Shown here: in pieces, positions 25,401 through 38,620 of the stretch
Numbering within the stretch: position 1 is the first letter of the stretch
How the letters are laid out: the number at the start of each line of letters is the position of its first letter
NCBI RefSeq assembly: GCF_028641065.1
Contig: NC_073416.1
Location: forward strand, 372,001 to 436,000
Reading direction: 5' to 3'
Length of the DNA: 64,000 nucleotides
Source of the DNA: Leucoraja erinacea
Taxonomy: Eukaryota
Made by a program: the position numbers and the translations under genes
Notes under the pieces: generated by a model
Told to the model about the DNA's origin: nothing
Databases searched by the model: none
What the model saw: the letters and a program-made list of their open reading frames with translations, nothing else

Positions 25401-27169
25401 TATAAGCCCTCAGTGTTTGGGTTCACTTGGGAACCACATATAGAACAGCAATGAAGGCTCCAGATACGCTTGCATCTTATGGGAAGGGAAGATTTTGAAC
25501 AAAGGAACAATAATGTTCGCGGAAAAGTAATCACGGAAAAGTAATGCCCACACGGCCTATCCAGACATGAATGTAAAGGCGTGTTTTCCTTGGGAAAGGA
25601 AACACCTTTTTGTATTAACTGTGGAGATGCGTCATTTATCTGCGGGATGAGACTCCGCAGATTTGATCCTGTCCTTCCTTGGTTATCCATTTGCTCACCA
25701 CGCCTGCAATTTTGAAAGGTTTATCTTTTGCCAAGGGGCGATTGCATTGGGCGCACGTTTTTTGGACCCTGTTACTCGTGTTCAATGGGGCATCCGCAAG
25801 CCAATCACCCACGGCACATTCCAGACCCGCAGCCTCCAGTCCTGATTTAAAGTCACTGCGGTAAATGTATCTGAATTGCAATCTGAATTGGCCCCGTTGA
25901 GATCTGGGGATTATTTTGACGCTAATTCCATGTTTTATTTTGCTCTTCCTTCGTGAGCTAGTGTTGGAAGGCATGAAATTGGATAGAATCCTTGAAATTG
26001 GAGACCCCATCCATCGTCTGTGTTCCCTGTAATATTCCTTTGCAATGTTATGACTGTCGGTTAAGAAAGATTTCTGATCCAGCGTTATGGGAACACATGC
26101 ACTTCAAAGCCAAAGCCCTGTAATGCCTTACACACCTCGTCCCAGGGCAAGTTCAATCATTTCCGCGGAGTTCACGTCACTGAAGCATCTCCTGCTCTGG
26201 GCCAGGCAGGACTCTTTGTAGTTTCTGCCATAACCAGGACACATCGACAGGTCAGGGTGGCAGGGAGGGAAAGGGGCAATCCTCTTAGGTGAGGTTGCAG
26301 GGACTGGCTGGCATGAAGTAGTGAGTGAGTACAACAGAGGAGAATCAATTGTGCGATGGCTCTTGTGTTCTCGCATGCACAAAATGCCTTTCCTTACAAA
26401 CAGTCCAATGGAGTATTGGCATATCCCGATCCTCAATTAGCAAGTGTACTAGAACGTGGACTTTCAAAATGGCACCTCTTGCATGCAGGCTCAGTATGTA
26501 GCAAGTGTACAGAAATAGTCCACTAAGTTCACATGCAAGAGGCCAGCGCCATGTTCAAAGTCCACGCTCTGGTTCTTATGAGTGGGGCCTGTTCCAGGCG
26601 AGCCCCAGGCTGTTGCAGGGCCTCCAGCCGTCTCCTTCCTTGGACTCCCTGTCCCTCTCCTCACCCGTCCACCTTTGTTCCCGGGGGGGGGGGGGGGGGG
26701 GGGGGGGGGATGTCTGTATGGGCTCCTGAAAGCAGGAACACATCCATATCCGCACTTGGCCTCCCTCTTTCCTAGTTTATCTCATGTGTGTACATAGATC
26801 AGCCATGATTGAATGGCAGAGTACACTTGATGGGCCGAATGGCCTAATTCTGCTCCTATCACTTATGGGGCTCGAAGACCTTTTCACTCCTTGTTTCCGG
26901 CCTGTTCTTGAGCCCGTTATGCTGCTATAACACAGAGTTTGCCTTAGGCCCGAGTTGGCCAAAACCTTGTTCTCTCTCTTTAACTGACTTTGCAGCAGGT
27001 GTAGCTGGCTTTCTCCAGTGTGGTAACAAGTCCCGTCAAAATGCAACATGATGACCGTTGCAATCAGTTTGTCAGTGTCCCTAAATGTCCCAATGCCTCC
27101 AGAGTGTAGATTCTAGAGTGGGCCCGGCACTGCTTCACTGACTGAAGTGCTCGAAACCTGGTGTAAAAA

Positions 27170-27645
27170 CAAAGAAACATAGACAATAGGTGCAGGAGTT
27201 GGCCATTCGGCCCCGAGTTAGTGTGATCATGGCTGATCAACCACAATCAGTACCCCGTTCCTGCTTTCCCCCCATATCCCTTGATTCCGTTAGCCCTAAG
27301 AGCTAAATCTAACTCTCTCTTGAAAACATCCAATGAATTGGTCTCCACTGCCTTCTGTGGCAGAGAATTCCACAAATTCACAACTCTCTGGGTGAAGATG
27401 TTTTTCCTCATCTCAGTCCTAAATGGCCCTTATTCTTAAACTGTGGACGCTGGTTCTGGACTCCCCCAACATCGGGAACATTTTTCCAGCATCAAGCCTG
27501 TCCACTGCCTTAAGAATTTTATATGTTTCTATAAGATCCCCTAAATTCCAGTGAATACAAGCCCAGTCGACCCATTCTTTCATCATATGTCAGTCCTGCC
27601 ATCCCTGGAATTAACCTGGTGAACCTACGCTGCACTCCCTCAATA
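27170..27645 (-). mobile_element. CR1 LINE 3' end
   Basis: aaacatagacaataggtgcagg tail and CR1 C-terminal coding sequence on the minus strand. Confidence 0.85.
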
Positions 27646-29164
27646 ACTGTGAAAGCAGTTTTATTTATTGGAATGCATTTTTTCTTAAATTATGTTCGTA
27701 AACATTGCTGTCCAAAGACTACACAATTATTTAAAGCAGGATCTTTTGCTATGGTTTCAAAGTAATTCATTGGTCTTTCATTTCCCAATGCGCTACTAAC
27801 CCGTAGAGCAAAATTAGTTTGATCGCCGGTAGGAAATGTCAATATATATTATTTCTTCTGCAACCCCCAAGAATGACTCGATCTGCCAGTGATGTCCTGG
27901 ATTGCATCACTAGTTCGGTTCAGTGGGAGGGAACCAAGAGGAGGGAATGACACAAAATGCTGGAGTAACTCAGCGGGACAGGCAGCGAGAAGGTGAGAAG
28001 GAATGGGTGACAGCAGGATGGTACAGTAATGTCGCCCTTGTGCAAGGAATAGATGAGTAAGTGGGATAACACCGTGTGAAAGGGTGATCGATGGTTCGAG
28101 TCTGAAGAGGGGTCTCAACCTGAAACGTCACCCATTCCTTCTCTCCAGAGACGCTGCCTGTCCCTGCTGAGTTACTCCAGCACTTTGTGTTTCTCTTCGG
28201 TTTAACAGCATCTGCAGTTCCTTCCCACACATGAGGATGGAATGGATTTGCAATAAAATTAAAACCTCCAGTGGTAGTTAAGGAAAAGGTAAGCTATGGA
28301 CTTGGGGAAAATAGTCTTCAAAATAATCTATACCTTGTACAAATCCATAACGCTGCCTCTGTATTTTTCTTGCCTTTTTTCCATGTATTCCGTATGAAGT
28401 ATTTAGTTTATATTTTAACCATTCCAATTCATTCCAAATTCTACAATCTTGTAGCTGACTGTATCTTTTCATTCATGTGTGTAAAAAAAAGTTCAATTAT
28501 CTCCAATTTTCAATGTTATTTTAATAATCTGTTTTAAAACAAATCTATGCCAAAGTTGAGACTTTCCGTCTCTTCAGCAATTCTGTATATATTATTCTTA
28601 ATAATTATTATAAATCCACCTCTCTGGTCTAAGTGTTGTGATTTATCTGTTAAATTAGTTTTGTTTAATTTAGAGAAACAGGCCCTTCAGCCCACTGAGT
28701 CTATACCGACCAGCGATCCCCGCACACTAACACGATCCCACACACACATCAAGCCAATTAACCTACAAACCTGTACGTCCGTCTTTGGAGTGTGGGAGGA
28801 AACCGAAGATCTTGGACAAAACCCACGCGGGTCACGGGGAGAACGTGCAAACTCCGTACAGACAGCGCCCGTAGTCGGGATCTACTGCTGCATCACCGTG
28901 CTGCCCATAAATGTTCTATTGAATGTTGATCACCAGTGTTTCTAGTGGCCATTGGTTTTGGGATGGTGGGGGCGGAATTGTGGAGAGGCATGAAGAACAA
29001 AGCAACTGGAATCCAGAGGAAGAATTCATGTCCGAGTGTGCAGCATGAAAGCAAAGAAGCTGCTGCTTCCAACGGCATCACTCTCAGAATCACGCAAACC
29101 TCTTCACCACGACAAGGTAAACAATACGATGAGGAGTGGGAGAGTATGTGTGAGAGTGTCTGAA

Positions 29165-30300
29165 AGATAGAAACATAGACAATAGGTGCAGGAGTAGAGG
29201 CCATTCGGCCCTTCAAGCCTGCACCATTCGCCATTAAATACGATCATGGCTGATCATCCAACTCAGTATCCCATCCCTGCCTTCTCTCCATACCCCCTGA
29301 TCCCTTTAGCCACAAGGGCCACATCTAACTCCCTCTTAAATATAGCCATTGAACTGTGTGGCCTCAACTACCTTCTGTGGCAGAGAATTCCACAGATTCA
29401 CCACTCTCTGTCTAAAAAATGTTTTTCTCATCTCGGTCCTAAAAGATTTCCCCCTTATCCTTAAACTGTGACCCCTTGTTCTGGACTTCCCCAACATCGG
29501 GAACAATCTTCCTGCATCTAGCCTGTCCAACCCCTTAAGAATTTTGTAAGTTTCTATAAGATCCCCCCTCAATCTTCTGAATTCTAGCGAGTACAAGCCG
29601 AGTCTATCCAGTCTTTCTTCATATGAAAGTCCTGACATCCCAGGAATCAGTCTGGTGAACCTTCTCTGTACTCCCTCTATGGCAAGAATGTATTTCCTCA
29701 GATTAGGAGACCAAAACTGTACGCAATACTCCAGGTGTGTTCTCACCAAGACCCTGTACAACTGCAGTAGAACCTCCCTGCTCCTAGACTCAAATCCTCT
29801 ATGGCAAGAATGTCTTTCCTCAGATTAGGAGACCAAAACTGTACGCAATACTCCAGGTGTGGTCTCACCAAGACCCTGTACAACTGCAGTAGAACCTCCC
29901 TGCTCCTAGACTCAAATCCTCTACGGCAAGAATGTATTTCCTCAGATTAGGAGACCAAAACTGTACGCAATACTCCAGGTGTGGTCTCACCAAGACCCCG
30001 TACAACTGCAGTAGAACCTCCCTGCTCCTAGACTCAAATCCTCTATGGCAAGAATGTCTTTCCTCAGATTAGGAGACCAAAACTGTACGCAATACTCCAG
30101 GTGTGGTCTCACCAAGACCCTGTACAACTGCAGTAGAACCTCCCTGCTCCTAGACTCAAATCCTCTACGGCAAGAATGTCTTTCCTCAGATTAGGAGACC
30201 AAAACTGTATGCAATACTCCAGGTGTGGTCTCACCAAGACCCCGTACAACTGCAGTAGAACCTCCCTGCTCCTAGACTCAAATCCTTTTGTTATGAAATA
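29165..30300 (-). mobile_element. CR1 LINE 3' end with an internal 122-bp x5 tandem amplification
   Basis: ORF 29336-29761(-). ggcaagaatg recurs at 29681, 29803, 29925, 30047 and 30169. Confidence 0.92.
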
Positions 30301-30515
30301 TGCACCAGTGTGTGTGGGGGAGGGTGTGTGCAAATGAGAGTGCAAATGCGTGTGCAAGCGACAGAGGTTGCATGTTATCAATTGTATCGGAGAGTGAACA
30401 AGCGAGTATGTGTGATAGTGTCTGAGTGACTGCATGTATGAATGAGTGTGTGTGTGGCAGTGTGCATGGGAGAGTGAGTGAGTGTGACAATGAAAGATGT
30501 ATGTGCCCAAGGTAG

Positions 30516-30686
30516 GCACAAAAAGCTGGAGTAACTCAGCGGGACGGGCAGCATCTCTGGAGAGGAGGAATGGGCGACGTTTCAGGCCGAGAAAGTCTGA
30601 AGAAGGGTCTCGACCTGAAACGTCAGCCATTCCCTCTCTCCAGAGATGCTGCCCGTCCCGCTGAGTTACTCCAGCTTTTTGTGTCC
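30516..30686. mobile_element. Palindromic Penelope-derived element (similar copies at about 8745-9175, 27945-28230, 43757-43920, 52165-52390)
   Basis: Arms gctggagtaactcagcgggacgggcagcatctctggaga and its reverse complement, with a CTGAAGA...GAAACGTC motif at 30597-30624. Confidence 0.75.
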
Positions 30687-32384
30687 AGCATGGCGAGCAT
30701 TCTCCATTTTGAGCAGCGTTCATTCTTGCCAAGAATGCCTCCAATGAAAGAAGACTGGGTACCTAGGTGATGTGGCTGAGGGCTCCCAAAGACCCTCTCA
30801 CCATTACCCAACCTGAGACACTTTCAGCAGAAGTCAAAGGACTGTTGTCAAACTTCAACCATTTTGTGTTGAAATGACTTGAGCAAAGCCTTACAGTAGG
30901 TGGCAGTATTTCCCATGAGTTAACCTCTGGATTTGGCTCCAAGGCTGAGTTTGTTTATCAGGCTTCTGTTGCACTTAGGCCCTTCCGATCAGCAGTTGCC
31001 AACCTTTTTGAATTGTTCAGTCGGCAAAATCACCACCATCTCCATCATGATGTCACTGGCTGTTTCTTTTCAGGAGTTGGGACTTTCTAGGCAATGACTG
31101 AGGACTGTTCACTGTCCTACAGTTAGATTTAATTCATTCTTTTTATGCCATGAAATTCCTGTCTGGACCCAAAACGTTGATTTACACCTTTGTCCTCACG
31201 CATGCAATATCTTTTATCTTCAACCCCAGTTTTATGGGTTTAGAGGTGGCTGACAAAGCCAATGTGGGACCCACAGATGAGGGACGAGGTGGATGGGTAA
31301 TTGGTGAGATGGTGGCCTCTTTCTGCCACATAGACAGACAGGGCTTTAGTGTGCTCATGCCCTTGAGATTCTCAATACCATCTTCAATGCTCCTTCTTCA
31401 ATGATGACCAGAGATTCCCAGGAGTCAACAGGGATGTTGCATTTTGTAAAGGACATCCAGCACATCCTTGAATCTTTTTCTCAGTCCTCTATCCATCTCT
31501 ATCCATGGAAGGTCTCGGAAGCGAGCTCACATTCTACCAGTCCCCACAAATGTACTGGCCCTTATTTTTGGTAGAACATTTCACAAGAATGCCTCTTCCG
31601 AAGCTGATCAATTTCAGTGTTAACAGGATGTCTTCCACCAGGGCTGGGTAATTGTTTAATGACAGATTTTGACATATACATGTATCACCGCTGTGTCCCA
31701 CCATTGTAATAATTTCCTTCAATCTAATTTGCCATCCTCGGTTCAATGCCTCCCCTCTCCTTCCTCCTAATGAAAACATTTCCCATTGCCAGTGAGTGAG
31801 TTCTCAGCTGGCCAGCTCTGACAATGCTCAGACACCAACAAGGTCAGATTTGAACAGAGCACGCTGGCAATGGGGACCTAAGCAGAATCCTGATGTTCAC
31901 AGCGCTCAGTGCGAACAATTGCAAATACTTCTATTATATAAGTCCACACTCGTTCTCAGCTGTTTGGAATTGATTCAGTAGAACACAACAAAGGCCTCTG
32001 CAAACACAGTGTGACATTCATTCCAGGCTTACCCACAGCCCTCAGCATGCAGAGTGTGTACCATGACTCCATCTGCCTATTATCCATTCCGTACTCTTAA
32101 AAAATAACAACTCTGGCTGCCCTGACCGTGTTATTTCAAGATAGTCTCAGGAGAAGGGATCGGATAAAGATGAGAATGGATTTCTTCTCTCGGAGGCTCA
32201 GGAAGCTTCAGAATTTTCTCCTCCAGGGAGCTGTGGAGGCACAGCCGTTGAGTGTATCCAGGACTGGGTGGTTGGATTTTTGAGCACATCGACCACCGAA
32301 CAGAAAAGTATTGCGAGGTGCAGGGACAACCTTGGTTTTATTGATGAGCAAGCTCAAGGGCTGAACGGTGTCCTTAATATAGAG

Positions 32385-32710
32385 GTTTTAGTTTAGAGAT
32401 ACAGCACAGAAACAGGCCCTTCAGCCCACCGAGTCCGTGCCGACCAGCGATCGCCCTGCACACTAGTTGTATGTTATCCCACTTTCTCATCCACTCCCTA
32501 CACACTAGGGGGGCAATTAACAGAGGGGGCGATTAACCTACACACCCGCACGTCTTTGGAGTGTGGGTGGAAACCGGAGCACCCGGAGGAAGCCCACGTG
32601 GTCACAGGGAGAACGTGCAAACTCCACACAGGCAGCAACCGAAGTCAGGATCGACCGTGGGTCTCTGACACTGAGGCAGCAGCTCTACCCGCTGCACCAC
32701 TTTGCCGCGC
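32385..32710 (-). mobile_element. tRNA-derived SINE (further minus copies at about 21170-21605, 28655-28905, 48420-48726)
   Basis: Same family on the minus strand. Confidence 0.82.
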
Positions 32711-32764
32711 TTGATTATAACCATATAACCATATTATGTTTTTATATGGTAACAGCCTGAGTTC

Positions 32765-33164
32765 TGTGTGTGTTTAATAGGGCGGAAAATTGATGTTATG
32801 TATCTGTAATATTTTATCAGTAAGCCTATTCAAATATGGAAAGTGAATATGTAAATCCTTATTTGAATATACCACTTCCATTTATACCTTGTCTTGGGGT
32901 TAGGAGAGGGTTGGGCATGTGTTGTACTGAGAGGGATTATCCATTTGTGAGTTGGTGCTCTCTACAGACGAGAGAAAAATATTATATCTGAGTAGCAACA
33001 GTGTTATTGGTTTAGATAATTGACACGTCGTCAAAAGAGAAAGCAAGATTTGTGTTTTAATCATCGCTTCCAAAAATTGCTTTGTTTGAATGGTTCAGGA
33101 ATTGTATATATTTATCAATTGAATAAAGTCTATTTTGAAATTAAAAAAAAAAAAAAAAAAAAAA
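32765..33164 (+). mobile_element. Polyadenylated retroposon 3' end (L1/Tx1-like)
   Basis: AATAAA at 33122, then an A22 tract. aaaaattgcttt occurs at about 33072 and again after the poly(A). Confidence 0.5.
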
Positions 33165-33499
33165 TTGCTTTATCTAAGTCCTGTCTCATAGAAACATAGA
33201 AACATAGAAATTAGGTTCAGGAGTAGAGGCCATTCGGCCCTTCGAGCCTGCACCATTCGCCATTCAATATGATCATGGCTGATCATCCAACTTAGTATCC
33301 CGTACCTGCCTTCTCTCCATACCCTCTGATCCCCAGACACTGACAAACTGAGTTCCAGAGATTCACCACTCTCTGTGTGAAAAAAGTTCTTCTCATCTCG
33401 GTTTTAAAGGATTTCCCCCTTATCCTTAAGCTGTGGCCCCTTGTGTCTTTTCTTCCTTTTCTTCGATCAGAAAACACAGCAAGCATCGACAGTTACCAA

Positions 33500-33812
33500 A
33501 CATTTTAGCTTTCATTCCCATACTGTTCTGCCCTGGGCCTCCTCCACTGTCAGAGTGAGGCCACACACAAATAGGAGCTACAGCACCTCATATTTTGTTT
33601 GACCAGCTTACAACACAGCGGGGACAGGCAGCATCTCTGGAAGGAAGGAAAGGCTGACGTTTTGGGTCGAGACACTTCTTCAATCTGACGAAGGGTCTCG
33701 ACCCGAAAAGTCACCCATTCCTTCTCTCCAGAGATGCTGCCCGTCCCGCTGAGTTCCCCCAGCGTTTTGTGTCTCTCTTTGGTTTAAACCAGCATCTGCA
33801 GTTCCTTCTGAC
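33500..33812 (+). mobile_element. Penelope-like GIY-YIG remnant plus palindromic pseudo-LTR
   Basis: GLLHCQSEA..K.ELQHLIF..L remnant followed by an inverted pseudo-LTR pair with a CTGACGA core at 33685. Confidence 0.7.
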
Positions 33813-34255
33813 ACAGCTTGGATGGACTGTCTGGATTGAGAGAGGTGCTTGGACACTAAGTGGTGGCAGATGAGGGTCTGGGCTGCAGAGCCGTTGGATC
33901 AGCGCCAGGATTGGGGAGTGGTGGATGGTGGAGAGGGTGGTGCTATTCATGAATGGAAAGGGACTAACAGACGTGTCTCACAAGTGTCCCAGTCAAATTC
34001 TCCGTTGCCTCAGTAGCAAGCAACATCTTATGTCCCCAGGTCAAGAGGACCCTGCACCTCCTGCCATGTCCCTAAGGGTTGAATGACCATCCCCAAAATC
34101 CTGTTGGTGTAACTTGCAACAGTGTTCAGTTAACGGAGTCAAACAAAATAAATTAAAATATTTAACTCTGGGAGAAAAATATTATTTTAATTGCTGATCA
34201 AACACAAGACATCACATTGTCTTCTGACATTTACACAATATATATACATATGTAG

Positions 34256-37200
34256 AGGGAGTATTGTAATGTTAAACACAATCAGACACAAGCAGAGGTT
34301 GAACTCAAAGCAAGGTTGGTTTCAATGGAATGACACTCAGACAGGTGAGCCAAAGTTTAAAACAAAAGCTCTAATTATGTTCACACTAATGATGAGACAT
34401 TTCGTTGTCTCTGTACTGTACACTGACAATGACAATTAAATTGAATCTGAATGAGATAACGAGTTACAATGTGTTTGAATGTTAAAATGAAAATGATGAA
34501 CACATCAAAGTATAGTCGTAGAGTCTTACAGTGTGGATACAGATTCAGATTCAGATTCAGATTCAATTTTAATTGTCATTGTCAGTGTACAGTACAGAGA
34601 CAACGAAATGCATTTAGCATCTCCCTTGAAGAGCGACATAGCAAACGACATAGCATACAGGCCCTTCTGCCCAACTTGCCCACAGTGACCAACACCCCAT
34701 CTACACTAGTCCCACCTGCCTGCGCTTTGCCCAAATCCCTCTAAACCTGTCCTATCCGTTTGCCTGTCTAAATGTTTCTTAAATGTTGCAATATCACCTA
34801 CCTCAACCACCTCCTCCGGCAGCTCGTTCCATACACCCACCACCTTTTGTGTGAAAAATTTACCGCTCAGGTGAATGGTGAGTCTCTGGAATTCTCTGCC
34901 ACAGAAGGCAGTTGAGGCCACAGTTCATTGGCTATATTTAAGAGGGAGTTAGATGTGGCTAAAGGGATCAGGGGGTATGGAGAGAAGGCAGGTACAGGAT
35001 ACTGGGTTGGATGATCAGCCATGATCATATTGAATGGCGGTGCAGGCTCGAAGGGCCAAATGGCCTCTACTCCTGCACCTATTGTCTATGTTTCTATGTT
35101 TCTATGTATCTATGTAACAGGCAGCATTTCTGGAGAAAAGGAATGGGTGACATTTCGGGTTGAGAACCTTCTTCAGACTGATAGTCGGGAGAGAGGGAGA
35201 TACAAAGCTAAGGAAGTGTAATTTCACCCCTCTAAACCTTTTTTCCCCATGACATCCCCAGTCATTATTGGGAAAGTTAAAATTCCCTACTACGACAACC
35301 TACTGCCTGCAATCTTCCGGCACATTTGCTCTTCTGGTTAGGGGCCTGTAGTACACCCTCAACAAGGTGATCATTCCCTTTTTAATCCTCAGCTCCATTC
35401 ATATAGCCTCACTAGACAAACCGTCTGTAATGTTCCCTCTGACCACAGCTATGACATCCTCCCCAACCATTAACACAACACCCCCTCCCCTTTTACCCTC
35501 ACCTCTGTCACTCCTGAAACACCTGTAACCTTGGAACATTGAGCTGCCAGTCCTGGCCCTCTCTTAAGCAGGTTTCCATAATGGTAACAACATCCCAGTC
35601 GCACGTACCTATCTATACCCTAAGCTCACCTGCCTTTCCCCGTCAGGCCCTTTACATTAAAATACGTTCAATTTATGAATCAATGAAACAATTTTACTGC
35701 AAATTTCACTTCATAAACTGATTGAAGTTGTGTATTTTTTTCTTTCATCTATTGTGCATTATTTTATATTTCAGTGTCTGCTTTTTTGCATTACAGCCTA
35801 ATTCCCAAAGAGCTTGAAGCTTTTCTTAAGGATCTGAAAGATAATGTGTACAAGTTGAGTTCAAATATGCTGGCCTTATTAGGTTAGAATTGTACGTGCT
35901 GGATCTGAACATACAAGATAGCAATGAATAAGACAGATATAAGGGGTGCAATCCAGGAAGTGGTGTTCTCATATATTTGGTTACATTAAAATTTCAAAAG
36001 CATGAGATTTCAAAGGTAGCACAATTTTAAATCAAATATACATTAGCAATTCTTTTTATACTCCCTGGGTGTAGAGATGTTACCTGTTTGCACTTTAAAC
36101 AAGTCAAACTAGTTTGGGTACACTCAGTTCATGATTCCTTCAACACCCTATAATTATTGACATTACTTTTAATTCACATGACTAAGTGAAATGCCACCCC
36201 TTGAGCTCGCCTCAACACAATATTTGGAATGCATTCAAAGGTATACATAGTCACATCCAGCCATTTTACCACTGCGAATTGCCCATAAACTTCATTGATG
36301 AGTGTGTGTAAAACTAAGCCACCATTCTGAGCCACAATGCTTCTAAACATGGCTTGAAGGGCCGAATGGCCTCCTCCTGCACCTATTTTCTAAACAGCAA
36401 CGTTCTGGATGGTGGTCTTTGGCAAATTTTAGTCAAAACACCAGGATAATTAATTCCCTTTTAGACAATAGACAAATGACAATAGGTGCAGGAGTAGAGG
36501 CCATTCGGCCCTTCCAGCCAGCACCGCCATTCAATATGATCATGGCTGATCATCCAACTCAGTATCCTGTACCTGCCTTCTCTCCATACCACCTGATCCC
36601 TTTAGCCACAAGGGCCACATTTAACTCCCTCTTAAATATAGCCAATGAACTGTGGCCTCAACTACCATCACCATTCCTTCTCTCCAGAGATGCTGCCTGT
36701 CCCGCTGAGTTACTCCAGCATTTTGTGTCCAGCATATGGCTAGAAGGTTTACTGTTGAATGCACTGTGACTGTGACTCGGTCACTGCCACTGAGTGACTG
36801 CATAGCTCATGGAACTCCACATCACAGCTGGGGATGGAGGTGTTATATCACCTAGATTGCAGCAATGGCTCACCTCTAGAAGTGGGAATTGAGAAACAGT
36901 TAGCCGATCTGATGATCAGAAGAGAAGATGACAAATATATCCATGATATTTGACACAACTTAGTTGGACATTGTCCTCAGCAGAGCAGCATTACAGATAC
37001 ATCATGAAAATGGGGTACAATTGAGACATCTTTGATGATGAAGTCCTGTTGCTTGAGGATTGCACTGTTCAATTCCTTTCACAATGCCTCAGCAAATGAA
37101 GCAATGTATGCCGGCTTGCAACAATAGCAGCATGACAAATCAGAAAATGAGAAATTTACTTGCATTTGTATAACACTGACAAAGGTAGGCCTATGCAATT

Positions 37201-37432
37201 AAATTTCTAGATCAGCTGTTTTATTTAGCCATTGCTTGTAGATGGTTTGAGGAGGCTATATTATAATGGGCAAACAGAGAAAGGAATTGCAAATAACCCC
37301 ATTGTCTCCTTCCTTAATATCACACCACACATTAACTTTCGCAAACAGAACATATGCAAAGTTACTTTCAATTATACTGCAAGCTATTATACTGTGCAGA
37401 CATTGCATATTGTACACTCGGAATCTCAATAA
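34256..37432 (+). pseudogene. Putative decayed multi-exon gene of unknown identity
   Basis: AG/GT-bounded segments 34256-34344, 35797-35882, 36880-37184 and 37242 onward. The first three join in phase as REYCNVKHNQTQAEVELKARLVSME*HSDS|LIPKELEAFLKDLKDNVYKLSSNMLALL|EVGIEKQLADLMIRREDDKYIHDI*, with several internal stops. Confidence 0.35.
35270..35668 (-). mobile_element. CR1 APE-endonuclease fragment (decayed)
   Basis: Minus strand reads YFNVKGL...ELRV.IGTCDWDVVTIMETCLREGQDWQLNVP, resembling the CR1 ORF2 N-terminus. Confidence 0.7.
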
Positions 37433-38381
37433 AAGGTCCCATAACCCCGGGAACCATTAAAACAGAATGATGCTAAACCTGGAACAAAACGGAGAAAATA
37501 ATCGACATTTAGCCATAATTGGGCTGGGAAATAGCCAACATTTCGGCACCTGGTTTTTATTTGATAAATCCCCTTGCAGTAAAATGAATGTATCAGGTAG
37601 AAGATGTCTTGAAGCAGGGTCTTGAGCCAAAACGTCAACAATTCCTTTGCCCCAACAGATGGTTTATAACGAGGGAGATATTAGATTGTGTAAAACAGAG
37701 TGTAGGTGTGGATAGGCAAAAAATGCTGGAGAAACTCAGCAGGTGCAGCAGCATCTATGGAGCGAAGGAAATAGGCAACGTTTTTTGGTCCTCCAAAATA
37801 TTCCAAATGGATTTTAAACTGTGGAGGTGGTGACGGGGTGGCTTAAGCCAGAAAGGGTTATTGGGAAGAAAGATCAACATGGACTCGGTGGGCTTCCATG
37901 CTGTACCTCTAAACTAAACTCAAATGAAAGTGGAGAAGACAAAATAGTAGTGGTGGTGGAATGATGAGAAAGAAAGATTGGGGGAGGGGGGGGGGGGGGG
38001 GGGGAGAAATGTAGAACCACATGGAGGGATGGTGGGAAGATGGGAATGAGGTGTGGGCGTGAGAAAGAAAAGTGGGGGCAATTTTCCCAGAGTATGGAGT
38101 TTATTCATAAAATATACAAACAAAAACGATGCAAAATTCTTGCTATATTCTTGATGTTCACACATTCAATCGTGCTGGGGTTTGACCCAGTATTGTTCCC
38201 ACCTCTCTTTCTCTTCACACAGCAAAATTGCAGACGCCTTTTCAAGTCGGGACCCTTTATTAGACTGATAGGTAGGAGGGGAATCAGAGGTAGTTGTGGG
38301 GCAAAGTCTGGCAAGTGATAGGTGGAAGGTAGACAAAAATGCTGGAGAAACTCAGCGGGTGCAGCAGCATCTATGTGGAGC

Positions 38382-38620
38382 GAAGGAAAGAGGCGACGTT
38401 TCGGGCCGAAACCCTGAAGGAAATAGGCAACGTTTCGGGCTGAAACCCTGAAGGAAATAGGCAACGTTTCGGGCCGAAACCCGGAAGGAAATAGGCAACG
38501 TTTCGGGCCGAAACCCTGAAGGAAATAGGCAACGTTTCGGGCCGAAACCCGGAAGGAAATAGGCAACGTTTCAGGCCGAAACCCGGAAGGGTTTCGGCCC
38601 GAAACGTTACCTATTTCCTT
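38382..38620. repeat. 34-bp tandem array (about 6 units) inside a pseudo-LTR
   Basis: Unit gaaggaaataggcaacgtttcgggccgaaaccc(t/g), followed by an inverted copy. Confidence 0.9.
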
